A stretch of DNA of 56,995 bases, taken from assembly GCA_900617105.1 (NCBI GenBank), contig UYFQ01000003.1:1-56995 (forward strand), in the 5' to 3' direction. Below are positions 40,833 to 51,972 of this stretch, in pieces (the stretch's first letter is position 1; every line of letters begins with the position of its first letter). The position numbers and the translations under genes are program-made. Below the pieces are notes generated by a model that was not told the origin of the DNA, ran no database searches, and was given only the letters and a program-made list of their open reading frames with translations. This stretch comes from Hydrurus foetidus. Lineage: Eukaryota.

Positions 40833-43474
40833 GCAGCGGTCCATCCATCTTTGCGGCACAGGCCGCGCGCCTGGCAGAAATCACAGGCCACGCCATCGCC
40901 CAAGGCTTGCAGCGGCTCGCCTTCGGCGATACGCTGCATGTCATCCAACATGCCGGCAATCAGGGCGTCCCGCGCGTGCACTACCTCGGTCTGCTCGCAC
41001 AGCACGGTGCCATCGCGTTCCCCCACGTTCACGTAGGCCGCCCGCAGCGTGTCGTGCGGCAGCAGTGCGGCGTAGAACGCGATCTGCGTGTCCTCCATCG
41101 CGTCCTTCACACGCAATCGCGTCTTGGCCGTAGGCTCGGTCTTGTAGTCCAGCACCATCACCGAACCGTCCTTCAGGGTGTCGGTGCGGTCGATGCGGCC
41201 CACCAGCTTCAAACTGCCAATGCGCTGGGTGTGCGAGGTCTCACCAGTCGCAAACACGCCGCCTTCGGCTTCGTATTTCTCAAGCCACTGCAAATAGCCA
41301 TCGCGCACCGCGGGCCAGGCCGCGGCAAACGGCAAAAATTCCCCTTGCGGCAATGCCATGGCCGTGGTCTGCGCCTCGGCCATCTGATCGAGCAAGACAG
41401 TGCGCTTCATGCGCTCAGATACGGGCTGCGCCGCCAGCGCCTCATGAAAACGCTGCAGCACCGCGTGCAACCATAGGCCAAAGTCGCGCTTGTCCACACC
41501 CGCATCCAGTTCGTCGTCTGATTTCAGACCCAGCTGGCGCAGGGCAAAAAATCGGTATGGGCATTGGCGCAAGTCTTCGTAGGCACTGGCGGACAGTTGT
41601 GCCACCGGCACCTGGTCGCCATGCGGCAAGGGCGGCACCACGGGCGCCACGGGCACGGCACGCGACGCACGGGGCTCGTCCGCCCAAGGCAGATCGGGAT
41701 GTTGAAGTTGCAACAGCTGCACCAGAGCGCTGGGCATCAAGGCTTCGCCTGCGTCGTCACTGGTACGCCAGAGCACATCGCATTGGGGCGACTGCAGCGC
41801 GAACTGCCAGGATGCGCGCAACTGCGCTTCCAAGTCCGTGCGTGCTGGCAGACCCAGTGCTACGCGTTGCACCGACGTCCAGCCACCGGGAGCATCGGGG
41901 GACGGGTTCAAGCGAACCTCATCGCAGCCCGCCAGAACCACGGCCGCAAACGGCCTCGCCAGCATCTGGCTCATGGGTAGGATCACCACCTGCTCTTCAT
42001 CCGGGTAATCAGGCTGGAAGCTGGTGCTCTCCAGTGCATGGTTCACCCAGCTGGTGAAGTCGGCCAGGTCCCATTTGCTCTGGGCCCACAGGGCCTCATC
42101 CAGCAGCCCGGCCCAACGCGCCGGGTCGTCGGGTGCCAGGCGCAGAGCCGCTAGCACTTTGGTGCCAGCGCCGTCCTGCTGCAATTGGGGCCACAGGCCG
42201 CTAGCTTGCAAGGCCTGCTCCATTGCCATCAGCCAGCCTTGCAACGGTTTTCGGCCGGCCAAACCACCGCGCCAAACTTGGACCATGGCATGGGCCTCCA
42301 CCAAACTCGCATCGCGCGCCAGAGAAGGGGTCGTCGCAGCATTTCGCCAATCGCGCACCTGGTCGCGCCGCAGCGCGCGTTCCAGACCATGCACCCAAGG
42401 CTGGGCCGCCGGCGATTGCTTGAGCCAGGCCAGCACCGCGTCCGTCGATGCATTCCACACCGCGGCCCGCAAGCCCGCCATCACCGAGGCGGCCGCCAGG
42501 CTGGTAGAGAGCTTCCAACCGTTCTCATCGCGCATGCGTACGCCAGCACCTTCCAGCATGGCGCGCACCCGGCGGGTCAGCGCCCGGTCGGACGACACCA
42601 GCGCCAGCGGAAAACGGTCTTCTGCAATATGGCGCAAGGCGCACGCAGCGGTACGCTGGGCTTCGTCTTCGGCATCCAGGCATGCGTGCTGGGCCACCGC
42701 AGCAGGTGCAGATTCTGCACGGCCTGCTGCCAGAGGCAACGCGACCAGCTTGTCTTGCCACGGTGGCTGCAAGCCCGCGGCCAAGGGGTCTGCAGACAAC
42801 CCGCGCACCAAGATAAGGCAATCCAGTGAAGCCACTACGTCGGGTTCAAACAGGGCGTCGCTCGCATATGCCGAGGCGGCCGCCCACTCCACCGCTACGC
42901 GGGCCACCTGCGCCTCCCAGGCCAGGGCCTCGCTTTCCATGCCCAACACGGCCTGAAACCGCGCAGCCTGCGCCCAATCAGCGCGTCCTTGTGGACCCGC
43001 GGCAGCGGCCAAAGGCGCCAGCTGGTAGGCCGCTTGCACCAGCAAAGGCGCCAGGGCTTCCCTCCCAACCATGCCGCTGCGCTCCAGCAGGGACTGGGCC
43101 GTCAGGGTATCGATGGCCGCGTCGAACGTGATATCCAGAGGCCCCGGCGCAAAACCACCACCGGCCGCCACCCAGTTCAGCGTGGTCTCAAACCGGGGAG
43201 CAAACCCCAAGGGATAGGTCATCGGCCACAGCCGCTGGGCCAGTGGCAACAGTTGGGCATAGGGCAGCAACACCAGCGTACGGGCCGGGTGTGCGCCCAG
43301 GCGCTGCATTTCTGCCGCAATGCGCGCCAACAACCCCGTTTCGGGCGCCACCCACAGGGCCATAGCGGGATGTTCCGCGCCATATGCAAAGGCCCTGAGC
43401 GCCTTTGGAAAATCGTTTTTGGCTATGCTGGCCATAGGCGCAAAGGCATCGGTGGTGGGCTTGGTTTCTGTCAC
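40829..43474 (-). CDS. addB: AddB-like PD-(D/E)XK nuclease with Fe-S cluster cysteines (start uncertain)
   Basis: SASAYEDLRQCPY, GRIDRTD, LDYKT, CDFCQARGLC; stop overlaps addA start. Confidence 0.85.
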   Translation of the reverse strand: MTETKPTTDAFAPMASIAKNDFPKALRAFAYGAEHPAMALWVAPETGLLARIAAEMQRLGAHPARTLVLLPYAQLLPLAQRLWPMTYPLGFAPRFETTLNWVAAGGGFAPGPLDITFDAAIDTLTAQSLLERSGMVGREALAPLLVQAAYQLAPLAAAAGPQGRADWAQAARFQAVLGMESEALAWEAQVARVAVEWAAASAYASDALFEPDVVASLDCLILVRGLSADPLAAGLQPPWQDKLVALPLAAGRAESAPAAVAQHACLDAEDEAQRTAACALRHIAEDRFPLALVSSDRALTRRVRAMLEGAGVRMRDENGWKLSTSLAAASVMAGLRAAVWNASTDAVLAWLKQSPAAQPWVHGLERALRRDQVRDWRNAATTPSLARDASLVEAHAMVQVWRGGLAGRKPLQGWLMAMEQALQASGLWPQLQQDGAGTKVLAALRLAPDDPARWAGLLDEALWAQSKWDLADFTSWVNHALESTSFQPDYPDEEQVVILPMSQMLARPFAAVVLAGCDEVRLNPSPDAPGGWTSVQRVALGLPARTDLEAQLRASWQFALQSPQCDVLWRTSDDAGEALMPSALVQLLQLQHPDLPWADEPRASRAVPVAPVVPPLPHGDQVPVAQLSASAYEDLRQCPYRFFALRQLGLKSDDELDAGVDKRDFGLWLHAVLQRFHEALAAQPVSERMKRTVLLDQMAEAQTTAMALPQGEFLPFAAAWPAVRDGYLQWLEKYEAEGGVFATGETSHTQRIGSLKLVGRIDRTDTLKDGSVMVLDYKTEPTAKTRLRVKDAMEDTQIAFYAALLPHDTLRAAYVNVGERDGTVLCEQTEVVHARDALIAGMLDDMQRIAEGEPLQALGDGVACDFCQARGLCRKDGWTAA

Positions 43475-43520
43475 AATGCCGCAACTTTAGCTGTTATAGC
43501 AATCTCCCAAAGGAACCATC

Positions 43521-43853
43521 ATGGCCAGCGAGCTCATCAAACACGTTACCGACGCCACATTTGAAGTCGATGTACTGCAGTCTGTGCAGCCCATTCTGGT
43601 GGACTACTGGGCGGAATGGTGCGGCCCTTGCAAGATGATCGCGCCGATCCTGGACGAAGTGTCGACCACCTACGAAGGCAAGCTGCAAGTGGCCAAGATG
43701 AATGTGGACGAAAACCGCGACATCCCCGCCAAGTTCGGCATCCGCGGCATCCCCACACTGATGCTGTTCAAAGGTGGCCAACTGGCGGCCACGAAAGTGG
43801 GCGCTTTGAGCAAGGCCCAATTGACCGCCTTTATCGACCAACAACTGGCCTGA
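43521..43853 (+). CDS. trxA: Thioredoxin 1
   Basis: [13 protein letters not shown]; upstream of rho. Confidence 0.98.
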   Translation: MASELIKHVTDATFEVDVLQSVQPILVDYWAEWCGPCKMIAPILDEVSTTYEGKLQVAKMNVDENRDIPAKFGIRGIPTLMLFKGGQLAATKVGALSKAQLTAFIDQQLA

Positions 43854-43871
43854 ACCGACAAATCTGCCACC

Positions 43872-43904
43872 CGCAACCGTGACGCCGCAGCACGGTTGCG
43901 TTTT
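43872..43904 (+). terminator. Probable intrinsic terminator after trxA
   Basis: 10-bp perfect stem cgcaaccgtg / cacggttgcg followed by tttt. Confidence 0.65.
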
Positions 43905-44062
43905 CCTGTCATAATAAATCCCGTTCACTTGCCCATCCCAAGGCAAGCGCCGATTCCCGGCACAGAACGCAGAGGCGCTTACCCAGTTTTGCCTCTCCCC
44001 CATTCCCCCAGATTTTTGTAATTCGCCGAACATCGGTCAACGCCCTCACCGGGACCCACTCC

Positions 44063-45325
44063 ATGCACTTAAACGAACTCAAGGCACTGCACGTGTCTGA
44101 AGTCCTCAAGCAAGCCGAAGAACTCGAGATTGAAAACACGGGCCGCATGCGCAAGCAGGAGCTGATGTTCGCCATCATCAAGAAACGGGCCCGTACCGGC
44201 GAGCAAATCATTGCGGACGGCGTGCTGGAAATTCTGCCCGACGGTTTTGGCTTTCTGCGCAGCCCCGACACCAGCTACACCGCCAGCACCGACGACATCT
44301 ACATCAGCCCCAGCCAGGTGCGCCGCTTCAACCTGCACACCGGCGACATGATCGAAGGCGAAGTGCGTACCCCCAAAGACGGTGAGCGCTACTTTGCCCT
44401 GAACAAGCTTGACAAGGTCAACGGTGGCCCTCCTGACGGCAACAAGCACAAGGTCATGTTTGAAAACTTGACCCCGCTGTTCCCCAAGGAGCAGATGAAG
44501 CTGGAACAGGATATCAAGGGCGAAGAGAACATCACCGGTCGCGTGATCGACATCATCGCGCCCATTGGCAAAGGCCAGCGCGCGCTGATCGTGGCACAAC
44601 CCAAGAGCGGCAAGACGGTGATGATGCAGCACATTGCGCACGCCATTTCCGCCAACTACCCCGACAGCTACCTGATGGTGTTGCTCATCGACGAGCGCCC
44701 AGAAGAAGTGACCGAAATGCAGCGCACCGTGAAGGGCGAGGTGATTGCCTCCACCTTTGATGAGCCCGCAGCTCGCCATGTGCACGTCGCCGAAATGGTG
44801 ATCGAGCGCGCCAAGCGTTTGGTCGAACTGAAAAAAGACGTGGTTATTCTGCTGGACTCGATCACCCGTCTGGCCCGCGCTTATAACAATGTGGTGCCTT
44901 CCTCTGGCAAGGTCTTGACCGGCGGTGTGGATTCCAACGCCCTGCAGCGCCCCAAACGCTTCCTGGGTGCTGCGCGTAACGTTGAGGAAGGCGGCTCGCT
45001 AACCATCATCGCCACCGCGCTGGTCGATACCGGCAGCCGCATGGACGAAGTGATCTTTGAAGAATTCAAGGGCACCGGCAACTCCGAAATCCACCTGGAC
45101 CGCCGCCTGTACGAAAAGCGCGTGTTCCCGTCCATCCAGCTCAACCGCAGTGGCACCCGCCGCGAAGAGCTGCTGCTGCAGCCAGAAATCCTGCAAAAAA
45201 CCCGCATCCTGCGCCAGTTCCTCTACAACATGGACGAAGTCGAGTCCATGGAGATGGTGCTCAAACAAATGCGTGCCACGAAGAACAACAGCGAATTCTT
45301 CGACATGATGCGCCGGGGTGGGTAA
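44063..45325 (+). CDS. rho: Transcription termination factor Rho
   Basis: [48 protein letters not shown]. Confidence 0.99.
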   Translation: MHLNELKALHVSEVLKQAEELEIENTGRMRKQELMFAIIKKRARTGEQIIADGVLEILPDGFGFLRSPDTSYTASTDDIYISPSQVRRFNLHTGDMIEGEVRTPKDGERYFALNKLDKVNGGPPDGNKHKVMFENLTPLFPKEQMKLEQDIKGEENITGRVIDIIAPIGKGQRALIVAQPKSGKTVMMQHIAHAISANYPDSYLMVLLIDERPEEVTEMQRTVKGEVIASTFDEPAARHVHVAEMVIERAKRLVELKKDVVILLDSITRLARAYNNVVPSSGKVLTGGVDSNALQRPKRFLGAARNVEEGGSLTIIATALVDTGSRMDEVIFEEFKGTGNSEIHLDRRLYEKRVFPSIQLNRSGTRREELLLQPEILQKTRILRQFLYNMDEVESMEMVLKQMRATKNNSEFFDMMRRGG

Positions 45326-45422
45326 GCTATAATCTTGGGTTTAGCGACAAGTACACAGGTTTTGAATTGGGCAGAGGTTTGCCCGAGGACCTGATGCGGC
45401 TAGCGCAACTGATGGAGAAGAT

Positions 45423-45680
45423 ATGAAAGAAGGCATTCACCCCAACTACCGCGAAGTGTGCTTCCAGGACATGTCCAACGGATTCAAATTCGTGACACGT
45501 TCTTGCGCCAACACCAAGGAAATGATCGACATGGAAGACGGCCGCAAGCTGCCCCATTTCAAGCTCGACACGACCAGCGAATCGCACCCTTTCTACACTG
45601 GCACACAAAAATCCGTGGACAACATGGGTGGCCGCGTGGAGAAGTTCCGCAACCGCTTTGGCAAGACCGCAGCGAAGTAA
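45423..45680 (+). CDS. rpmE2: 50S ribosomal protein L31, type B (no CxxC zinc motifs)
   Basis: [26 protein letters not shown]; 85 aa. Confidence 0.95.
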   Translation: MKEGIHPNYREVCFQDMSNGFKFVTRSCANTKEMIDMEDGRKLPHFKLDTTSESHPFYTGTQKSVDNMGGRVEKFRNRFGKTAAK

Positions 45681-45715
45681 TCTCTGGTTTCAGGCTTTGG
45701 CCTGTTGACCCGCAA

Positions 45716-45749
45716 GAGGCAGCCCGGAGAACCGAGCTGCCTTTTTTTT
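45716..45749 (+). terminator. Intrinsic terminator after rpmE2
   Basis: aggcagc-c-cgg-agaa-ccg-a-gctgcc followed by T8. Confidence 0.88.
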
Positions 45750-45777
45750 GCCCCACTTTGAATCCCTTTCACCACCT

Positions 45778-47478
45778 GTGAACCATCCGAACCCCGCCAT
45801 CGTGGCCCAAGCGGCCGTGCGCCGCCTCCCACGCTGGGCCCTGGTGCTTTTATGCCTGGCCTATGTGTGTGCCGGATTCGTCGGCCGTGAGGCTTGGCGC
45901 AGCGAAGACATGGCCGCTCTGGGCTATATGGGTGCGTTGGCCCACGGGGCAACAAGCTGGATGCAGCCCGAGTTGTTGGGTGTGGCACCCGACAACGGCG
46001 CCTTGCTGCCCTATTGGCTGGGTGCTTGGGCCATCCAGTTGGCACCGTCTGGTGTTCCCCTTGACTTTGCAGCACGTGTGCCTTTTGGCCTGTTGCTGGC
46101 GATGGCGCTGCTTGCCACGTGGTATGGCACCTACTACCTGGGGCGCAGCCCTTTGGCCCAGCCAGTGGCCTTTGCCTTTGGCGGCGAGGCCCTGCCCACC
46201 GACTATGCGCGCGCCATGGCTGACGCAGGGGTGCTGGCCTTTGTTGCCAGCCTGGGACTGGCCCAACTGGCGCATGAAACCACTCCTGCACTGGCCCAGT
46301 TGGCATTCAGCGCCCTGCTGTTTTATGCCGTAGGTGCCTTGCCCTATCGCAAGCTGGGACCTGCCTTAGCCATGGTCGTCGGACTGGCCGGTCTGGCTTT
46401 GTCTGGTGCTCCTGCTCTTGCTGTGTTGTTTGGGCTGGGTGGCGCCGTGGTGCACTGGCGCGAGCAACCCGAAGAGGCAACGTCTACTGGCCGAATACCA
46501 CAGCGCACCTGGGAAAGCCTGGGCTTGCTGCTGACCACCCTGGCGGTGGCGATCCTGGCAACGCAGCTGCACCTGTGGCGCTGGAAAATTGTGTGGCCTA
46601 ATTGGAGTTGGGCTGACTGGAACGGTTACGCCCAATTGTTGATCTGGTTTACCTGGCCAAGCTGGCCCCTGGCACTGTGGACGGTCTGGCGCTGGCGCTA
46701 CCAACTGTTCACACTGCGCATGGCCCGCCATGTCGCCCTGCCGACCTGGTTTGCCCTGGTCACGGTGCTAGCCACACTGGTGTCCAGCGCATCGGACCGC
46801 ACTCTAATGCTGGCGCTGCCCGCATTGGCCTCGCTGGCAGCCTTTGCGCTCCCCACACTGAAACGACAGGTCGCCGCCCTGATTGACTGGTTCACGCTGC
46901 TGTTTTTCTCGGGCTGCGGCTTCACCATCTGGGTGGTGTGGATTGCCATGCAGACCGGGGTGCCGCACCAACCCGCCGCTAACGTGGCACGTTTGGCGCC
47001 GGGGTTTGAGCCGAGTTTTTCTGGCGTAGCACTGGGTTTTGCGTTGGCGGCCACCGGGGCTTGGGCCTGGCTGGTACGCTGGCGCGTGGGACGCCACCGC
47101 GCCGCCATCTGGAAAAGCCTGGTACTGCCCGCTGGCGGGGCGGCCCTCTGCTGGTTGCTGCTCATGACCCTGTGGATGCCGCTCTTGAATTACACCCAAA
47201 GCTACACAGCCGTGGTACGAAACACGACGCAGATCGTAGGCAACAGCTGTGTCCAGGTAACCAACGTCAACGCCGCACATATCGCTGCCCTACAGTGGTA
47301 CGGCCACTTGAACCTGCAGGGCCGTAACCCCACTGCGCCGTGCCCCTGGATGCTCAGCGAGCCAAGCCAGAACATGGAAGTGAGCGAGCTAATTGACACC
47401 ACGATGTGGGTACCCCATGCATTGCTGCGCCACCCAGTGGACAAGGGCGAGGCACTCTGGCTACTGCACCGCCGCTAA
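45778..47478 (+). CDS. Polytopic membrane protein, ArnT/GT-C glycosyltransferase-like
   Basis: Many TM helices, REAWRSED first-loop motif, WFTWPSWPLALW; typical position after rpmE in betaproteobacteria. Confidence 0.65.
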   Translation: MNHPNPAIVAQAAVRRLPRWALVLLCLAYVCAGFVGREAWRSEDMAALGYMGALAHGATSWMQPELLGVAPDNGALLPYWLGAWAIQLAPSGVPLDFAARVPFGLLLAMALLATWYGTYYLGRSPLAQPVAFAFGGEALPTDYARAMADAGVLAFVASLGLAQLAHETTPALAQLAFSALLFYAVGALPYRKLGPALAMVVGLAGLALSGAPALAVLFGLGGAVVHWREQPEEATSTGRIPQRTWESLGLLLTTLAVAILATQLHLWRWKIVWPNWSWADWNGYAQLLIWFTWPSWPLALWTVWRWRYQLFTLRMARHVALPTWFALVTVLATLVSSASDRTLMLALPALASLAAFALPTLKRQVAALIDWFTLLFFSGCGFTIWVVWIAMQTGVPHQPAANVARLAPGFEPSFSGVALGFALAATGAWAWLVRWRVGRHRAAIWKSLVLPAGGAALCWLLLMTLWMPLLNYTQSYTAVVRNTTQIVGNSCVQVTNVNAAHIAALQWYGHLNLQGRNPTAPCPWMLSEPSQNMEVSELIDTTMWVPHALLRHPVDKGEALWLLHRR

Positions 47479-47497
47479 AAGCGCTTTGTTTTACGAA

Positions 47498-48844
47498 CTA
47501 GGCCACCAGGCGGACGGGTTCCAGCATAGGACGCACCCGCTGAGCCGAGAACAGAATGGAAAAACCCGATCCCTTGCCCGGCACACTCTCAATGGTCAGC
47601 TCGGCAGCGTGCCGTTGCGCCACATGCTTGACGATAGCCAGACCGAGACCGGTCCCCCCCGTGTCGCGCGAGCGACTACGGTCTATCCGATAAAAACGTT
47701 CGGTCAGACGCGGCAGGTGCTCAGGGGCAATGCCGGGCCCGGTGTCCCGCACGGACAACACCCCACCACCTGCGGGTAAAGTGCTCCACGCCACGCGAAT
47801 GCTCTTGTCCGCCGGGGTGTAGCGAATGGCGTTGCCAATCAGATTGAACACCGCGCTGTGCAGCTCGGACAACGAGCCGGCGATTTCAGAGTCCTCGCCC
47901 ATGTCAAACGTAATCTCTTGGGCTTCGCCCCAAAGCATGCGTGACACGTCGCCAGCCTCTTGCCGGCACTGCCGCAATAGGCCGTGCACCGACACCCAAT
48001 CCTGTACCGACGGCAAGGGGCTACCCTCCAGCCGCGACAACATGAGCAAATCATTCACCAGGCTTTGCATGCGCTGGGCCTGCTGAGACATCAGTCCCAA
48101 ATAGCGTTGACGCTCCGGTTCTTCCAGCGGCAGCGACTGCAGGGTTTCTACAAAGCCGGCCAACACCGTAAGTGGCGTACGGATTTCGTGCGAGACATTG
48201 GCTACAAAATCGCGGCGCATAGCTTCGGCCTGCTCCACGGCCGTGATGTCCCGCGATAGCAGCAGGTTGCGCCCTTCGCCATAGGGGTGCAAGTGCACTG
48301 AGAGTTGAATGGGTTTGGAGCTGGTGCTGTCACGCCCTGGCATCACCACGTCGTGCTGAAAATCACGCTCCGCAATATAGGCGGCGAAGCCGGGGTCACG
48401 CACCAGATTGCCAAAGTGCTGCAGCATGTCGCGGCGCACATCAAAGCCGAAGTGCTCGGCCGCCGTCTGGTTGAACCACTCGATGCGCCCTTGTGCGTCC
48501 AGCAGCACTACGCCATTGGGCGAAGCCTGCAGCGCAGCTAGAAAATCCTGCAATTTGCTCTCGCTCTCTATGACTTGGCGCTCGCGATTGCGCAGCAGGC
48601 GACGCATGCGGTCTGCGGCCTCGCCCCAGAGTCCTTGGCCGAGTGAAATGTCACTGGATTCGCCGCGACGCAACCAACCTAGCAGACGCAGGCCACGTGA
48701 AGCATCCAACAACAACCAAACGTAGCCACTGGCCACAGCAGCAACGATGGACTCCCAAATCCGATCCGCCTCAGGCGATAGAGACCAAGCCAATCCACCT
48801 GCCAAACCTTGCAGCAGTACAAAAGACAGTAAACGCCACACCAT
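47498..48844 (-). CDS. phoR: Phosphate regulon sensor kinase
   Basis: PAS, RRDFVANVSHEIRTPLTV, RLTERFYRID, GGTGLGLAIVKH. Confidence 0.96.
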   Translation of the reverse strand: MVWRLLSFVLLQGLAGGLAWSLSPEADRIWESIVAAVASGYVWLLLDASRGLRLLGWLRRGESSDISLGQGLWGEAADRMRRLLRNRERQVIESESKLQDFLAALQASPNGVVLLDAQGRIEWFNQTAAEHFGFDVRRDMLQHFGNLVRDPGFAAYIAERDFQHDVVMPGRDSTSSKPIQLSVHLHPYGEGRNLLLSRDITAVEQAEAMRRDFVANVSHEIRTPLTVLAGFVETLQSLPLEEPERQRYLGLMSQQAQRMQSLVNDLLMLSRLEGSPLPSVQDWVSVHGLLRQCRQEAGDVSRMLWGEAQEITFDMGEDSEIAGSLSELHSAVFNLIGNAIRYTPADKSIRVAWSTLPAGGGVLSVRDTGPGIAPEHLPRLTERFYRIDRSRSRDTGGTGLGLAIVKHVAQRHAAELTIESVPGKGSGFSILFSAQRVRPMLEPVRLVA

Positions 48845-48856
48845 AGAGGCGCCGCG

Positions 48857-49579
48857 TCAGGCGCTGGCCTTGTCGGCCACCACCGGCACCGCCGGCTTGG
48901 CTGTCAGGCGGTAGCCCGCGCCGCGCACAGTTTCCACCATGGCACCCGCCTGGGCCAGTGCTTCGCGCAAGCGCTTCACGTGGACATCCACCGTGCGCTC
49001 CTCGATATAGACGTGGTCGCCCCACACCTTGTCGAGCAGCTGGGCACGGCTGTGCACGCGCTCAGCATGGCCCATGAGGTAGTGCAACAACTTGAACTCG
49101 GTAGGTCCCAGCTTGAGGGCCTGCTCTTGAAACGACACACGGTGCGTGGCGGGGTCCAGAATCAGTCCGGCTATAGCAATGACCTCACCGGCATCCTCGG
49201 GCGCGCGGCGGCGCAACACCGCACGCACCCGGGCTAACAGTTCCTTGGTGGAAAACGGCTTGGCAATGTAGTCGTCCGCCCCAGCGTCCAACCCTGCGAC
49301 ACGGTCCGCTTCATCGCCACGAGCGGTCAGCATGATGATGGGGATATCTTTGGTACGCGGATCGGTGCGCCAGCGCTTGGCCAGGGTCAAGCCACTCTCG
49401 CCAGGCAGCATCCAGTCCAGCAAGATCAGGTCAGGCAGGCCCGCGTCAATCTCGCGTTGAGCGGACTCGCTGTCCATGGCCCAGCGCGGACGAAATCCGT
49501 TGTGCCGCAGGTTCACGGCAATCAATTCGGCAATCGCCGATTCGTCCTCCACGATCAAGACGGCGGGCATGTTTCTCAT
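48857..49579 (-). CDS. phoB: Phosphate regulon response regulator
   Basis: LLDWMLPG, GPTEFKLL, VWGDHVYIEERTVDVHVKRLR. Confidence 0.97.
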   Translation of the reverse strand: MRNMPAVLIVEDESAIAELIAVNLRHNGFRPRWAMDSESAQREIDAGLPDLILLDWMLPGESGLTLAKRWRTDPRTKDIPIIMLTARGDEADRVAGLDAGADDYIAKPFSTKELLARVRAVLRRRAPEDAGEVIAIAGLILDPATHRVSFQEQALKLGPTEFKLLHYLMGHAERVHSRAQLLDKVWGDHVYIEERTVDVHVKRLREALAQAGAMVETVRGAGYRLTAKPAVPVVADKASA

Positions 49580-50277
49580 TTGACGATGGACTCGATTTTT
49601 TCCATGGTGGTGTGGCGAACATCTTCACCCTTGACCACGTAGATGATGAACTCGGCAATGTTCTTGGCATGGTCACCGATGCGCTCGATGGCCTTTGCCA
49701 GGAACAGCAGGTCCAAACTGGGGGAGATCATCCGTGGATCTTCCATCATGTAAGTGACCAGTTTGCGCACAAAACCGTCGAACTCCGCATCGATCAGGTC
49801 ATCTTCTTTCAAGATGGCGACTGCCGCGTTCACGTCCAGGCGGGCAAACGCGTCCAGGGCCTTGTTCAGCAGGCCGGAGGCTAGGTCTGCCGCAACGCGC
49901 AACTCCAGCGAGGGCAAGGAACGTGGCGCACCGCTCTGGATAATAGAACGCACCATGCGGGCGATCTTCTCTGCCTCGTCGCCCACGCGCTCCAGGTTGG
50001 CCGTTGTTTTAGAGATAGCGATCAACAGACGCAGGTCGCGTGCCGTGGGCTGGCGACGGGCAATGATGGAGGACAGATCACGGTCGATCTCGATCTCCAT
50101 CGCATTGACGCGCACTTCGCGAGCAGTGACCTCGTCGGCCACCTCCACGCTGAATTGCGACAGCGCATAAATGGCCTGTCGAATCTGGGATTCGACCAGA
50201 CCGCCCAGCTCCATGACCTGTGAAGACACGGAAGTCAGTTCGCTGTCGAACTGCGTAGACAAATGTTTATCGGACAT
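49576..50277 (-). CDS. phoU: Phosphate signalling complex protein
   Basis: RRQPTARDLR, LERVGDEA, IERIGDHAKNIAE. Confidence 0.97.
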   Translation of the reverse strand: MSDKHLSTQFDSELTSVSSQVMELGGLVESQIRQAIYALSQFSVEVADEVTAREVRVNAMEIEIDRDLSSIIARRQPTARDLRLLIAISKTTANLERVGDEAEKIARMVRSIIQSGAPRSLPSLELRVAADLASGLLNKALDAFARLDVNAAVAILKEDDLIDAEFDGFVRKLVTYMMEDPRMISPSLDLLFLAKAIERIGDHAKNIAEFIIYVVKGEDVRHTTMEKIESIVK

Positions 50278-50293
50278 AGTTTCCTCTCTGCTC

Positions 50294-51073
50294 TCAGCCG
50301 AAACGGCCAGTGATGTAGTCTTCTGTCTCTTTGCGGGTGGGCTTGAAAAACATCTGTTCCGTGGCACCAAACTCCATCAGATCGCCCAGGTACATATAGG
50401 CAGTGAAGTCGCTGCAACGGGCGGCCTGCTGCATGTTGTGGGTCACGATGACCACGGTGTAGTCGTTCTTGAGTTCTACGATCAACTCTTCCACCTTGGC
50501 GGTGGAAATTGGGTCCAGCGCCGAGCAGGGTTCGTCCAGCAACAGCACTTCGGGTTTGATGGCAATGCCGCGGGCAATGCACAGTCGCTGCTGCTGACCG
50601 CCGGACAGGCTGGAGCCGCTTTGGTGCAATTTGTCTTTCACCTCGGTCCACAGAGCCGACTTGCGCAAGGCCCATTCCACACGCTCTTCCATATCGGTCG
50701 CGTTCAGCGATTCAAACAACTTCACGCCAAAAGCGATGTTGTCGTAAATCGACATGGGGAACGGTGTCGGTTTCTGGAACACCATGCCGACCTTGGCGCG
50801 CAGCAGGGCCACGTCTTCCTTGCTGGTCAGCAGGTTCTCACCGTCCAGCATGATTTGGCCTTCGGCGCGCTGCTCGGGATACAACTCGAACATGCGGTTG
50901 AAAATACGCAGCAGCGTGGACTTGCCACAGCCGGAAGGGCCAATAAAGGCGGTGACCTTCTTCTCGGGAATTTCCAGGTTGATGCCCTTGAGGGCATGGA
51001 ACTTGCCGTAATAGAAGTTCAAATCCTTCACGGAAATTTTGGATTTGAGGGGGATATTCGGGGTGTGCATCAT
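50294..51073 (-). CDS. pstB: Phosphate ABC transporter ATPase
   Basis: [39 protein letters not shown]. Confidence 0.98.
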   Translation of the reverse strand: MMHTPNIPLKSKISVKDLNFYYGKFHALKGINLEIPEKKVTAFIGPSGCGKSTLLRIFNRMFELYPEQRAEGQIMLDGENLLTSKEDVALLRAKVGMVFQKPTPFPMSIYDNIAFGVKLFESLNATDMEERVEWALRKSALWTEVKDKLHQSGSSLSGGQQQRLCIARGIAIKPEVLLLDEPCSALDPISTAKVEELIVELKNDYTVVIVTHNMQQAARCSDFTAYMYLGDLMEFGATEQMFFKPTRKETEDYITGRFG

Positions 51074-51108
51074 GGTTTTACTCGGTTCGGTGCAGGGCGT
51101 TATGCCGC

Positions 51109-51972
51109 TCAGGCCTTGGTACGGGTCAACACGCGGGCCAGGATGTTCAGGCCCAACACAGCGATCGTGATCAGGAACACACCAGCCCAGGCCAGCTGTT
51201 GCCAGTTCTCATAGGGGCTCATGGCGAACTTGAAGATCGTGACCGGCAAACTGGCCATGGGTTCGCTCAGCGACGATGTCCAGAATTGATTGCTCAGCGC
51301 GGTAAACAGCAGCGGTGCGGTCTCGCCGGCAATGCGGGCCACAGCCAGCAACACACCGGTAATCACGCCGGCGCGGGCAGACTTCAGGGTGATGCTCAGA
51401 ATCACCTTCCACTTGGGCGCACCTAAAGCGTAGGCGGCTTCCCGCAAACCAGAGGGCACCAGTTGCAGCATGTTTTCGGTGGTGCGGATAACCACCGGAA
51501 TCACGATCAACGACAGCGCCATGATGCCGGCGTAGCCCGAGAAGGACTTGAAGCGCGACACCACCACAGCGTAGACAAACAGGCCCACGATGATAGACGG
51601 AGCGGACAACAGAATGTCGTTCACAAAGCGCACCAAAGAGGCCAGCCAGCTCTTGCTGTCGAACTCGGCTAGATAGATGCCCGCCATTGCGCCAATCGGC
51701 GTGCCTACAAATGTGGCCAAAGCCACCATCAGGAAGGAGCCGTAAATAGCATTGGCCAGACCGCCTGCTTCGTTGGGCGGAGGTGTCATCTGGGTCAGCG
51801 TGGACAGCGTCATGCCGCCAATGCCCAGACGGAAGGTTTCCAACAAGATCCAGAACAGCCAGAACAAACCGAAGGCCATGGCAAATAAGGCCAAGGCAGT
51901 GGCAATGTAGTTCACCCGTTTGCGTTGCGCAAAGCGCGCAGCGCGGGGATTGATTGCTTGAGCGGCGCTCAT
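51109..51972 (-). CDS. pstA: Phosphate ABC transporter permease
   Basis: [35 protein letters not shown]. Confidence 0.96.
   Translation of the reverse strand: MSAAQAINPRAARFAQRKRVNYIATALALFAMAFGLFWLFWILLETFRLGIGGMTLSTLTQMTPPPNEAGGLANAIYGSFLMVALATFVGTPIGAMAGIYLAEFDSKSWLASLVRFVNDILLSAPSIIVGLFVYAVVVSRFKSFSGYAGIMALSLIVIPVVIRTTENMLQLVPSGLREAAYALGAPKWKVILSITLKSARAGVITGVLLAVARIAGETAPLLFTALSNQFWTSSLSEPMASLPVTIFKFAMSPYENWQQLAWAGVFLITIAVLGLNILARVLTRTKA

Noticed and set aside
43481..43505. tgctataacagct on the minus strand resembling the repeat's left arm
   Set aside because: Spacer far too short and no right half; more likely promoter sequence.
43920..44062. C-rich rho leader as a novel element
   Set aside because: Consistent with known Rho autoregulatory leaders, and no specific site can be supported from sequence alone.
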